64,000 nucleotides of DNA from Spirochaetia bacterium (GCA_034520965.1 JAXHMY010000001.1:928001-992000), one strand, 5' to 3'; positions 9,740-20,115 are shown, numbered from the stretch's first letter. A program made the numbers and translations. The notes: a model not told the origin generated them from the letters alone.

Positions 9740-11107
9740 TTAGAATGCCAAGAGTCCGATACTGGAGAGGAAAATTACAAAGATGAAAATGGGGATGATG
9801 TAGCGCACCAGGAAGAACCAGGTGTTTGCTACGCCCCGTACAGATTCCAGTTTACCGTCGTTGGTAATTTCATCGGTGGCGCCCTTCTTTTTCCAGAACC
9901 AGCCCACTGCGATTGAAGCACCCAGGGTACCCAAGGGCAAGCTGATGTTGCTTCCGAAGTAGTCGAAGAGGCCGAAAATGTTCTGGCCAAAGATGGTAAA
10001 GCTGCCCCAGATACCGAAGCTGAAGGATACGGCAATTCCCATCACGAAGGATATACCGCCGACCAAAAGGGCTGCCTTAGGACGGGCCATGCCCCTCTTT
10101 TCGATGATGTAGGCGACCGGCATTTCCAGGATCGAGATAGAACTGGTAAGGGCCGCAACAAACACGAGTACAAAGAAAATAAATGAGAATAGTGCACCCA
10201 AAGGCATCTGGCTAAAGATTGCCGGGAGGGTGATGAACAGCAGGCCAACGCCCTGTCCTGGCTCCATGCCGAAGGCAAAGATGGCCGGGAAGATCATTAG
10301 ACCGGCGATGAGTGCGATCGCGGTATCGGTGATGCTCACCTGCAGCGCGGTTTTCGCAAGGTTGTCCTGACGCTTCAGATAACTGGCGTAGGTTACCATA
10401 CCCGACATACCGACACTCAGTGAGAAGAAGACCTGACCGAGGGCTGCAACGATAACGCTGAGGTTGATTGCAGAGAAGTCCGGTTTGAGGTACCAGCCGA
10501 CACCGGCCAAAGCGCCGGGCAGGGTCATAGCACGAACCACCAGAATCAGCATCATGACGAACAGCGCCGGCATGAGGATTTTGGCCCATTTTTCAATTCC
10601 GTGCTCAATACCACTGGCTATGATGTACACCGTAGCGCCCATAAACAGGAAGTGGTAGATAAGCGGGACTATCGGGTTACTGATAAAGTTCCCGAAAAAA
10701 CCGCCCATTTCGTCCGGTGCAAGCTTGAACAGACCGGTGAAGGAACTGAGTGCATAGTGAATCGTCCACCCACCGACTACCGAAAAATAGGACAGGAATA
10801 TGAAGGCCGTAAAAAAGCCTAAATATCCGACCCAGACCATTTTGGGGCTGATTTTTCGATAGCTGTCAACTGCATTCGCCTTCCCGCTTCTTCCAACCGT
10901 AAACTCTACCAGCAAGAGACTTACTCCGACAACGATCATGATAAGCAGGTAGACCAGTACAAAGGCACCACCGCCGCTGGTTCCCGTCATGTAAGGGAAA
11001 CGCCACAGGTTTCCAAGGCCTACTGCCGAACCCGCAGTGGCAAGTACAAAGCCGATGTTAGAGGTAAAATTACCCCGCTTCGACCCGTCCATTTGTGTAT
11101 CCGCCAT
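9740..11107 (-). CDS. Sodium-dependent transporter, NSS/SNF family
   Basis: GSAVGLGNLWRFPY, GGGAF, QVFFSLS. Confidence 0.93.
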   Translation of the reverse strand: MADTQMDGSKRGNFTSNIGFVLATAGSAVGLGNLWRFPYMTGTSGGGAFVLVYLLIMIVVGVSLLLVEFTVGRSGKANAVDSYRKISPKMVWVGYLGFFTAFIFLSYFSVVGGWTIHYALSSFTGLFKLAPDEMGGFFGNFISNPIVPLIYHFLFMGATVYIIASGIEHGIEKWAKILMPALFVMMLILVVRAMTLPGALAGVGWYLKPDFSAINLSVIVAALGQVFFSLSVGMSGMVTYASYLKRQDNLAKTALQVSITDTAIALIAGLMIFPAIFAFGMEPGQGVGLLFITLPAIFSQMPLGALFSFIFFVLVFVAALTSSISILEMPVAYIIEKRGMARPKAALLVGGISFVMGIAVSFSFGIWGSFTIFGQNIFGLFDYFGSNISLPLGTLGASIAVGWFWKKKGATDEITNDGKLESVRGVANTWFFLVRYIIPIFIFVIFLSSIGLLAF

Positions 11108-11192
11108 AGAACACTCCTTATAATTAAGTTCTATATAATTTAGCCGCCGAATAATCGGCAGCGCTATTTTGCGCTTACCGCGCTTACCGCGT

Positions 11193-12411
11193 TTATTCCG
11201 CGTTTATTTTAGCGACCAGCTCTTTGAACTCATCCACGCTGATATCGCGTTTCAGGCTGATCGACAGTTTTTTTACTTCCTGCAGCAGATCGCCCTCTTT
11301 CTCCTCGGGTACCGACAGATTGTTGTCCTTGAGCCACTTCTTCAGGTTGTCCTTGCCGCTCTTTTTGCCCAGGTAAATTTCCGGCTCCTGCTGCCCGGTC
11401 ATGGTCCACATGTACGGCAGCATCGCCAGGGGCTCGCTGTCCTTGGCATTCAGCCACAGGCTGGAGGGCATGCCGGTTTCCCAGCCGAAGATTCGGTCGC
11501 CGACTACCGCGCGGTTGGCCTGGCACTTGAAGTTGGAGAGGTCCTCCACCATTTGGGAAAGCTCTTTCAGTTTAGGGGTGTTGATGCCCGTATCGATCCC
11601 GTACAGTGCCTCCAGGCCCATGGCAACCGATTCCAGTCCGGCTCCGCCGGCCCGCTCACCAATTCCGTTTACCGAGACGTGACAGACTGAAGCCCCGGCG
11701 GCCAGCCCGGCGATAGTGGTTGCCGCGCCCATGGCAAAGTCATCGTGGAAGTGAACCTCTATGGGTTGGGAGAAACGCTCGCGCATCTTCTTTACTCGAT
11801 AGGCGGCTCCCTCGGGGGAGAAAGCGCCGAAGGTGTCCACCAGGGCTACGGCGTCCATATGACCGCCCTCTTCGATTGCCTGCAGGCTGTCCAGCAGAAA
11901 ATCGATACCCGCCCGGGAGCTGTCCGCCGGGAAAAAGGTTACATACAGTCCCAGCTCGTGGGCGGCGGTGGTTGCCTCGACGGCAGCCTCAATGGCCTTT
12001 TCGGCGGTCCACTTTTTGCCGAACTTGAGCAGGTGCTCGCTGCCGGGTACTTCCGCCAACACCCCGTCGACTCCGCAGGCCTTTGCCAGTTCCATATCCT
12101 TTACCATATTCCGGACAAAGCAGAAGGTTTTGGGCCCCAGATTCAGCTCGACAATCTCTTTGATTGCATCGGCATCTTCCTGGGAAACCGCCGGTGTGCC
12201 CGCTTCTATTCGGTGCACCCCAACCTCGGCCAGTTTCTTGGCAATCTGTACTTTATCCTGACGGGTAAAGATAACCCCCGGCTGCTGCTCGCCGTCGCGC
12301 AGGGTGGTATCCAGTATTTCTACTTTATCGGGAAAGCTCGAACTGAGAAGTAACATTATCGGCATAGTTTGACGGGCTGACCCACCATTTGCCTTTTTCC
12401 ATAAATCCCAT
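11193..12411 (-). CDS. DRE-TIM metalloenzyme (homocitrate/isopropylmalate synthase or HMGL-like); frameshift near 12340
   Basis: DTTLRDGEQ, HFHDD, GIGERAG, GKKSG; the N-terminus MGFMEKGKWWVSP follows a GGAGG RBS in another frame. Confidence 0.8.
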
Positions 12412-12503
12412 ATAAAAGTCCTCCAATTGATTTTCTTTTTCGTCGTTTCGCTTGTCGCTATGCGGCTCCGAAACTATTACCATTACTATTAGACAATAAT
12501 ATA

Positions 12504-12594
12504 CTAACCTTGTCAAACATATTTTCAATGTTTATAAATATTTTTCAAAAGTATGATAAATAGATTGACAATGTTAGGATAACATGTATACCAT
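12504..12594. promoter_or_regulatory. Back-to-back sigma70-like promoters with an inverted operator pair
   Basis: CTAACCTTGTCAA (12504-12516) and TTGACAATGTTAG (12565-12577) are inverted copies, each carrying TTGACA; palindrome ATGTTA-GGA-TAACAT follows the + strand -35. Confidence 0.5.
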
Positions 12595-12690
12595 AAAAGT
12601 CGCAAGTGTAAAGCGTTCCAGACACCCTTTACATTTCGAATTTCTGTCTTTAGTTGATTCGTTATTATATTGATTTTAAGGAGCACAGAT

Positions 12691-15645
12691 ATGGCATTAG
12701 GACCACTGCATAATCCCGCTCAGGGAAAATTACGGGTTGTTGGATTTATATCCGGTTCAGGCAAAACTCTTTGGCAGGCTTTAGAGCTGCAAAAGCAGCT
12801 CGAGCAGACCTGGGAGGGCAGCCCCTTCGAAGTGGTGGGGGTCTTCTCCAGCGATCCGGAGGCAAAGGGAGTGGCGACTGCCGCCGAATACGGCATTCCC
12901 TGTGCTTCTATCGATATCCGGGCCTATTATAAAGAACGCGGTGCCAAGCTCAAAGACCGGGAGGTGCGCAAGGAGTACGACCGCGAGGCGGCGGCCCTCA
13001 TTTCCGAGTTCCGTCCCGGACTGGTAATGCTGGCGGGCTACGTGTGGGCTACCACCGAGGTGCTGTTGAATAAATATATGTTCATCAATGTCCACCCCGC
13101 CGATCTGACCAACCAGAAGAACGGCGAGCGGCTGTACGCCGGTCCGAACGGGGTGGGCGATGCCCTGTCAGCCGGCGAGCCGTATCTGCGCTCCTCCAGC
13201 CACATCGCGACCGCCGAGCTCGACGGCGGCCCTCTGCTGATGATTTCCCCGAAAATTCCGGTGGATTATGAGAAGGCCAAAGAATACGACGAGAAGGACT
13301 TTATGAAGTTCTACCTGCGGCAGGTAAACGCCCAGTCGCGGGAGGTTGGATCTCGCACCATCTACGAGATTGCCATGGGCAACTTTAGCCGTGACCACTC
13401 CGGTCGGGTGTTTTACCGTAACCAGGCCGCTCCCCTGGGCATTTCCATCGACAGCTGGGAGAAGAACAAACCCCTCTACGCTCGGGATACCGCTGCGCTC
13501 CTGCAGCCAAAGAGCGTTGCAGTTATCGGCGCCTCCTCCCGCGGCGGTATCGGGCATGCGATAGTAAAGAATATCGAGGCGGTGGACTTTGGCGGCAAAG
13601 CGGTTGCAGTAAACCGGGGCGGTGAGACCGTATCGGAAACCCCTGGTTACACATCTGTGCTGGATGTGCCCGATGAGGTAGACCTGGCCGTCATTACGGT
13701 ACCTTCAAAGTTTGTACTGCAGGTGGCCGAGGAGTGCGGACAGAAGGGGGTAAAAGCAATTGTCTGTATCTCCGCCGGCTTTAGAGAGGTCGGGGGAGAG
13801 GGAATTGCCGCCGAAGAGGAGCTGCTGCGGATTGTAAATAACTACAACATGCGACTCCTTGGCCCCAACTGTATGGGAATTTCCAACAACAACCCCGCAG
13901 TACGGCTCAACACCACCATTCTCCATGACATCCCCCGGGACGGCAACATCGCCTTTGTGACCCAAAGCGGAGGCCTGGGGGCGGTGCTGCTCGACTATGC
14001 CGAGCAGCTGGGCATCGGTTTTTCAACCATTGCCTCTTTGGGCAATCAAGCCGATGTGACCGTCAATGACCTGCTGCCCCTGTTGGCCGAGGATGAGCAA
14101 ACCGAAGTAATCATGCTGTATTTAGAGCAGATTGCCGATTATCAGCGCTTTACCCGGATGGCGGCCAAGATAACTCCTAAAAAGCCGATTATTCTGCTGA
14201 AGGCCGGCCGCAGCAGCGCCGGGGCCGCCGCCGCCGGCAGCCACACCGGCAGCCTGGCCGGCGACGACCAGGTGGCCGAGGCGCTTATCCGCAAGTGCGG
14301 TATTATCCGGGCCCAGAGCATCCACCAGGCCTATTTTCTGGCAGCCGCCCTCAGCCGCATGCCGCGGGTAAAGGGAAACCGGGTGGGAGTAGTTACCAAC
14401 GGCGGAGGCCCGGGTATTCTGGCCTCGGACGCCCTCTCGCTGCACGGCTTTGAGCTGCCCGAGCTGAGCTCGGGCAGCCGAGAAAAGCTGGCCCCCCAGC
14501 TGCTGCCGGAAGCCTCGGTGCGCAACCCTATCGATGTGGTTGCCGCCGCCTCGCCGGAGCACTATGCCGCCTCCCTGCGGAGCATGGTGGAAAGCGGGCA
14601 GTACGACGCGCTGGTTCTGCTCTGTATACCCCCGGCCACAGTTGATACGGGAGAGGTGGCACGCATTTTTGCCCAGGAGGTTGATGCACTTGGAGAAGCG
14701 TTAGAGTCGATTCCGGTGCTCTCCTGCTTCTTCGGTCCGGGATTAGGCCTGGCCGGCCGCCGGGCCATGACCAGTGCCGGAATTCCGGTAGTAGAGTACC
14801 CGGAGCAGCTGGCTGAAGTATTGGATGCAATGCGGGAGCTCCCGGTCACCTACCACGGCGAGGAGGAGCCGGCCTACGCAGTTGCCGGAGAAACCCAGGC
14901 CGAGGTAAGAGCTGTGATTCAGGCGGCGGCACCGGGTGACTTTTTGAATGCAGAGGATGCGGAGAAGATTTTAGCAGCCTACGGGCTACACACCGCCCCG
15001 TCGGTGTATCTGCCCGCCGGCGCTTCAGAGGCCAAAGACGTTACAGCGACCACAGAGGCCGCAGCGGCCTCTGAAAAATCTCAGGCCTCTAAAACATCTG
15101 AGGACTCTGTGGCCGAGATTGTGTTTCCGGTGGTCGCCAAAATCGACCACCCCGAGGTTATCCACAAGAGCGATGAGGGGGGCGTGCTGCTCAATATTGC
15201 CGATACTACAGAACTACAGGCTCGAATTGCGGAGCTGCACAGCCGCTTTCCCGGAGCCCGGGGGGTATTGGTGCAGCAGCAGCTGAGCTCCGCTACCGAG
15301 GTGATTCTAGGGGCAATTAAAGACCCGTCGGTGGGACACGCCGAAATGGTGGGTCTGGGCGGTACCAGCGTGGAGCTGCTGGGGGATGTAGCCTTTGCCC
15401 ATGTGCCCTTTTCTGCGGAGGAGGCCCGCCGGGCGATTCTGTCCTTAAAGAGCGCCCCCCTGCTCACCGGCTACCGCGGCAGCACTCCAATGAACCTTGA
15501 CGATTTGATCGAGAAGATGCTTCGCATTAACCGGCTGCTGGTAGATTTTCCGGAAATCTCGGAGATCGATCTCAATCCCCTGCTCTACTCTTTCCAGACC
15601 TCCCGCTTTTATATCGCCGACTTCAGGCTTCGGATAGAGGAGTAA
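12691..15645 (+). CDS. PurN-like formyltransferase fused to an ADP-forming acyl-CoA synthetase (alpha+beta)
   Basis: N-terminus: FISGSG, LAGY, NVHP, LDGGP. C-terminus: VAVIGAS, GPNCMG, QSGG, SHTGSLAG (phospho-His), HKSDEGGV, DLNP. Confidence 0.85.
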   Translation: MALGPLHNPAQGKLRVVGFISGSGKTLWQALELQKQLEQTWEGSPFEVVGVFSSDPEAKGVATAAEYGIPCASIDIRAYYKERGAKLKDREVRKEYDREAAALISEFRPGLVMLAGYVWATTEVLLNKYMFINVHPADLTNQKNGERLYAGPNGVGDALSAGEPYLRSSSHIATAELDGGPLLMISPKIPVDYEKAKEYDEKDFMKFYLRQVNAQSREVGSRTIYEIAMGNFSRDHSGRVFYRNQAAPLGISIDSWEKNKPLYARDTAALLQPKSVAVIGASSRGGIGHAIVKNIEAVDFGGKAVAVNRGGETVSETPGYTSVLDVPDEVDLAVITVPSKFVLQVAEECGQKGVKAIVCISAGFREVGGEGIAAEEELLRIVNNYNMRLLGPNCMGISNNNPAVRLNTTILHDIPRDGNIAFVTQSGGLGAVLLDYAEQLGIGFSTIASLGNQADVTVNDLLPLLAEDEQTEVIMLYLEQIADYQRFTRMAAKITPKKPIILLKAGRSSAGAAAAGSHTGSLAGDDQVAEALIRKCGIIRAQSIHQAYFLAAALSRMPRVKGNRVGVVTNGGGPGILASDALSLHGFELPELSSGSREKLAPQLLPEASVRNPIDVVAAASPEHYAASLRSMVESGQYDALVLLCIPPATVDTGEVARIFAQEVDALGEALESIPVLSCFFGPGLGLAGRRAMTSAGIPVVEYPEQLAEVLDAMRELPVTYHGEEEPAYAVAGETQAEVRAVIQAAAPGDFLNAEDAEKILAAYGLHTAPSVYLPAGASEAKDVTATTEAAAASEKSQASKTSEDSVAEIVFPVVAKIDHPEVIHKSDEGGVLLNIADTTELQARIAELHSRFPGARGVLVQQQLSSATEVILGAIKDPSVGHAEMVGLGGTSVELLGDVAFAHVPFSAEEARRAILSLKSAPLLTGYRGSTPMNLDDLIEKMLRINRLLVDFPEISEIDLNPLLYSFQTSRFYIADFRLRIEE

Positions 15646-15652
15646 GTGGTCA

Positions 15653-15691
15653 AAGGGCCGGCGTCAGCAAAATGCTGTCAGCCGGCCTTTT
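15653..15691 (+). terminator. Putative intrinsic terminator
   Basis: GGCCGGC...GCCGGCC stem followed by TTTT. Confidence 0.55.
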
Positions 15692-15733
15692 GCCTATGCT
15701 TTTTTGCAAATTTCATATACACTACACCAACTG

Positions 15734-16564
15734 ATGAAAAATCCAGATGAATTACTGTTCAATATAAACCAAGTTGCCAAGCAGATAGGCGTAGTCCCCG
15801 GAACCATTCGTAATTGGGAGAAGGAGGAACTGTTTGCCGCCCGCCGCACCACTAATAACTACCGGGTGTACAGTTTCGACGACATTAACTTCCTCAAACG
15901 GGTAAAAGAACTCTCCGTAGACCAGCGTCTCAGTTACGATGTAATCAAAAAAATGCTGAAATACGAAATTATGCAGCAGAAAACCGATCAGCAAAACGGT
16001 TCAAGCAATCCACAGTACTCAAAAAAATTCCTGAGTAAGAAGTGGCGCACCCTCAGGGAAGAATCCGGGTACACCCTGGATGAGGTAAGTACCGAATTGG
16101 GGATAAGCCCCTCATATCTGAGTAAGATAGAAACCGGACAGGCCAACATTTCATTTGATGTACTCCAGCGGCTGGCCGACTTCTACAACCAAAACATTCT
16201 CTACTTTTTTGAGGAAGAGGATGCAGATACTAAGCTGGTAAAACATGCGAGCGGTTCGACAATTGATATCGGATTAGAGGGTGTCGCGATTACTAACTTG
16301 GTGGCCGATAAAACCGCCCATGTAAAAAGCATGTATTATACCATTCAACCCAGCTGCGGCAACTATGTTGACCACAGCCATTTTGGTGAAGAGTTTGTGT
16401 ACCTGATAGAGGGTCAACTGGAATTTATCCTGAACGACACCCAGGTCTATAATCTAGAACCCGGGGATTCCCTGTTTTTCCACTCCTCCGAAAAACATAA
16501 GTGGATTAATAACGGCAGTACTGTTGCTACCGCCCTGTGGATATATTCACCCTTCCGGGAATAA
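15734..16564 (+). CDS. Transcription regulator: MerR HTH + XRE HTH + cupin
   Basis: INQVAKQIGVVPGTIRNWE..NNYRVY; TLDEVSTELGISPSYLSKIETG; HSHFGEEFVYLIEG..PGDS. Confidence 0.85.
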   Translation: MKNPDELLFNINQVAKQIGVVPGTIRNWEKEELFAARRTTNNYRVYSFDDINFLKRVKELSVDQRLSYDVIKKMLKYEIMQQKTDQQNGSSNPQYSKKFLSKKWRTLREESGYTLDEVSTELGISPSYLSKIETGQANISFDVLQRLADFYNQNILYFFEEEDADTKLVKHASGSTIDIGLEGVAITNLVADKTAHVKSMYYTIQPSCGNYVDHSHFGEEFVYLIEGQLEFILNDTQVYNLEPGDSLFFHSSEKHKWINNGSTVATALWIYSPFRE

Positions 16565-16589
16565 AACTGGCCTACTAATAATATCGCCC

Positions 16590-16958
16590 TCAGTCGTCTT
16601 CGTACAACTCGTGTATCTCGTCCCAGGCTTCCGGTTCGCCGGCCCGCAGGCGCTCCAGTAATAGAAACTGGCTGGTAAGGATATCGATATCACGCTTTTT
16701 CACCTCTTCGGGGGAGGTTTCCTGGGCCAGCTTTATTTCCTCGACTTCCTTTGGATCGAGAGAGGCAATCCGCTCGAGTTCATTGTGGATATCCTTCACG
16801 CGAAAGCGCAGAAAGCCTTTTACGGGCAAAAATACAGGAGGCTCATATCCCTTTTTTTCAAGATCACGGGCGGTCTTCTCGATGGCATCGTCTGTGGTAA
16901 AATGGGTGCTTTTATTTAGTTCCGCTTTTTTGTGTTCAACATACTCTTGTAGATTCAT
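16590..16958 (-). CDS. Hypothetical protein
   Basis: 122-aa ORF with an AGGAG RBS. Confidence 0.6.
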   Translation of the reverse strand: MNLQEYVEHKKAELNKSTHFTTDDAIEKTARDLEKKGYEPPVFLPVKGFLRFRVKDIHNELERIASLDPKEVEEIKLAQETSPEEVKKRDIDILTSQFLLLERLRAGEPEAWDEIHELYEDD

Positions 16959-17028
16959 GTATTCCTCCTACCGTACATAATCATTGTTTTTTTGATATCT
17001 TTCAAGTTTTTTTTTGCTGTATTCAGCA

Positions 17029-17158
17029 ATTCTCAATTTGGATAGTGTAATTACACTATCCAAATTGAGAATGCCTCCAAAAGCCGGTGTATAAAAATCG
17101 CGAAGAATTTTGATGCGAATTCTCAATTTGGAAGTCAGAAGACTTCCAAATTGAGAAT
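17029..17158. repeat. Two tandem palindromic (REP-like) elements
   Basis: Perfect 44-bp palindrome at 17029-17072 and a 40-bp hairpin at 17119-17158 share ATTCTCAATTTGGA arms. Confidence 0.85.
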
Positions 17159-17208
17159 CGCTGTGCTGTATTTCACTTGAAATCCCTTTGTGATATAGTA
17201 TCCGTAGG

Positions 17209-17331
17209 ATGTCACCCCTAATTATCACCGGAATTGCCTTCAGTTTAAGCTTTGATGCCTTTGCCGTATCCCTCTCAAACCGCTGCGCATTAGAAAAATG
17301 TACGCTGCGGCATGCGGTTGTCGTTCCTTGA
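17209..17331 (+). pseudogene. N-terminal remnant of an MntP-like manganese efflux protein
   Basis: MSPLIITGIAFSLSFDAFAVSLS resembles the MntP TM1 motif LSxDAFAV; stops after 40 codons. Confidence 0.55.
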
Positions 17332-17485
17332 ACATCTGAGCTGAAAAGCCCCCTACTTCCATCCTGCAGCGTGATGGCCGCATAAAAAAATGTCCCCTCC
17401 CCTTGACCTAAACTATGTAAATTGTTATTTTCTAATCGATATTTATTTATTGATATATTTTTAACTATAAATAGGAGGCAGGAAT

Positions 17486-20115
17486 ATGGCACAGACACAA
17501 AAGAGTACCCAGGTAACTGGTTCGACGGCAGCACTCAACGAAATGATCGGCAGGGTTGCTGAGGCACAGAGGGTCATGGCCCGCTACAGTCAGGAGCAGA
17601 TCGACATTATTTTCCGCGAGGCGTCCCTGGCGGCCAACCGAAAGAGAATTGAGCTGGCAAAGCTCGCTCACCAGGAAACCGGAATGGGGGTGCTGGAAGA
17701 CAAAATCATTAAGAACCATTTTGCCGCTGAGTTTATCTACAATAAGTATAAAGATATGCGCAGCTGTGGAGTAATAGAATGGGATGAGGCTCAGGGAATG
17801 ATGAAAATTGCAGAACCGATAGGGGTGATAGCAGGGGTAGTCCCTACCACCAATCCCACCTCTACCACTATCTTCAAGGCACTCCTGGCACTCAAAACCC
17901 GTAACGGAATGGTATTCTCACCCCACCCGCGTTCGGCCGCCTGCACAATAGAAACAGTCAAGGTTATTCTACAGGCGGCGGTGGCAGCCGGAGCCCCGGA
18001 GGATATCCTGGCCTGTATAGAGGCCCCCACGGTCGAGCTCTCACAGCGGCTTACTGCGGCACCCCAGATATTGGCATGATCCTTGCCACCGGAGGTCCGG
18101 GTATGGTAAAGGCGGCCTACTCCTCAGGCAAACCGGCCATCGGGGTCGGATCCGGCAATACTCCTGCACTCATAGACGAGAGCGCCGATCTGAAGACTGC
18201 AGTAAGCTCGGTGTTGATGAGTAAGACCTTCGATAACGGGATGATCTGCGCCTCCGAACAATCGGTGGTGGTTGCCGAAGAGGTGTATTCAAGGGTAAAG
18301 CAGGAGTTCACCCGGCAGGGGGCCCATATTCTGTCTGCCAAAGAGCGGCAGGCGGTGGCAGGGGTGCTCCTGAAAAATGGAAAATTGAATGCGGCCATAG
18401 TTGGTCAGCCGGCTTCAGCGATTGCCAAAATGGCCGGGGTCGAAGTTCCCGCGGATACAAAGGTGCTGATTGGAGAAGTGAAACAAATTGGCACAGATGA
18501 ACCCTTTGCATTTGAGAAACTTTCTCCGGTACTGGCCATGTACCGCGCAGCGGATTTTGAATCCGGCCTCGCCACTGCCCAGAAGTTGGTGGAGTTCGGA
18601 GGGCTGGGCCACACCAGTGTGCTCTATACCAACCCTGCCAACCACTCCAGAGTCCGCCTGTTTGGCGAATCGATGAAAACCGGTCGGACCTTGATAAATA
18701 TGCCCTCCAGCCAAGGAGCTATCGGGGACTTGTATAATTTCAAACTGGAACCTTCGTTAACTCTCGGCTGCGGCAGCTGGGGAGGCAACTCGGTAAGTGA
18801 AAACGTAGGCCCCTCCCACCTTCTGAATATTAAAACTGTAGCCCACAAGCGGGAGAATATGTTGTGGTTTCAGATGCCCCCAAAGCTCTATTTCAAACCC
18901 GGCTGCCTTGAATATGCACTCGACGACCTGGCCGGAAAGCAAAGGGCTTTTATTGTCACCGACGAGTTTCTAGCTCGCAACGGCTATCTGGACACCATCA
19001 CGAAAAAGCTGCAGCAACTGGGAGTCGGCTACGAAATGTTTTCGCAAGTTGAACCCGATCCGACCCTGGCTACCGCCCGCAGCGGTGCAGAACGGATGCA
19101 AAGTTACCAACCGGATGTGATTTTGGCGGTTGGCGGCGGTTCACCGATGGATGCAGCCAAAATTATGTGGCTTCTGTATGAAAATCCGGATATCGACTTT
19201 GAGTCTATGGCAATGAGGTTTATGGACATCCGAAAACGCATCTACAGTTTTCCGAAGATGGGCAGCAAAGCGCAGATGGTTGCCATACCCACTACCAGCG
19301 GCACCGGTTCTGAGGTAACCCCCTTTGCAGTTATCACCGATGAGAAAACCGGCATGAAGTATCCCATTGCAGATTACGAGCTGACCCCGAATATAGCTAT
19401 TTGCGATTCTGAATTGACAAAGGAGATGCCCGCCTCGCTCACCGCCTTCTCCGGAATCGATGCGCTGACCCATGCCCTGGAAGCCCTGGTCAGCACCTAT
19501 GCCACCGAATACAGCAAGCCGATGGCTTTGGAATCAATTCGTATGCTCTTTGAGTATCTACCCCGGGCCTACAAAAACGGTGCCCAAGATCCGGAAGCCC
19601 GAGAGAAGGTACACCACGCGGCTAACATGGCGGGTATGGCCTTTTCAAACGCCTTTTTGGGAGTCTGCCACTCGATGGCCCACAAGTTAGGTGCCTTTTT
19701 TCACATTCCCCACGGATTGGCCAATGCCCTGCTGATCAATCAGGTTATCCACTACAACTCCAGTGAAGCCCCCACTAAGCAGGGAACCTTCCCAATGTAC
19801 GGCTATCCGCAGGCAGCCAAGAGGTACGCCCGTGCCGCCGATTATCTCGGTTTGGGAGGTACAAATGACCAAGAGAAGGTGGAACTGCTGATTATTGCGG
19901 TCGACCGGCTAAAAAAGCAGCTTGATCTGCCGGCCTCAATTAAAGATGCCGGAGTAGAAAAAAAGTCCTTTGCCGATAAGCTTGAGGCTATGAGTGAAGC
20001 GGCTTTTGACGACCAGTGCACCGGTACCAACCCGCGGCTTCCACTGATCAAAGAAATCAAAGCCTTATACGAACTGGCCTATCGCGGAGAAGTAGATGCA
20101 GCTGCACAAAGTTGA
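17486..20115 (+). CDS. adhE: Bifunctional acetaldehyde-CoA/alcohol dehydrogenase; frameshift near 18050-18075
   Basis: PTTNPTST, ILATGG, GMICASEQ, GGGSPMDAAK, PTTSGTGSE, HSMAH; two ORFs that join into one AdhE. Confidence 0.95.

Noticed and set aside
11170..11210. Short tandem duplications (CGCTTACCG; similar at 23400-23485 and 59958-59987)
   Set aside because: Two or three copies of 9-15 bp at gene ends; ordinary slippage
17029..17158. Integron attC sites or a mini CRISPR array
   Set aside because: No RYYYAAC/GTTRRRY boxes, no integrase, only two adjacent units
16968..17534. 188-aa minus-strand ORF
   Set aside because: Spans the palindromes and the adhE promoter, antisense to the mntP remnant; no recognisable motif
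18040..18080. Naturally split adhE or programmed frameshift
   Set aside because: The break falls inside the ALDH domain and matches the window-wide indel pattern
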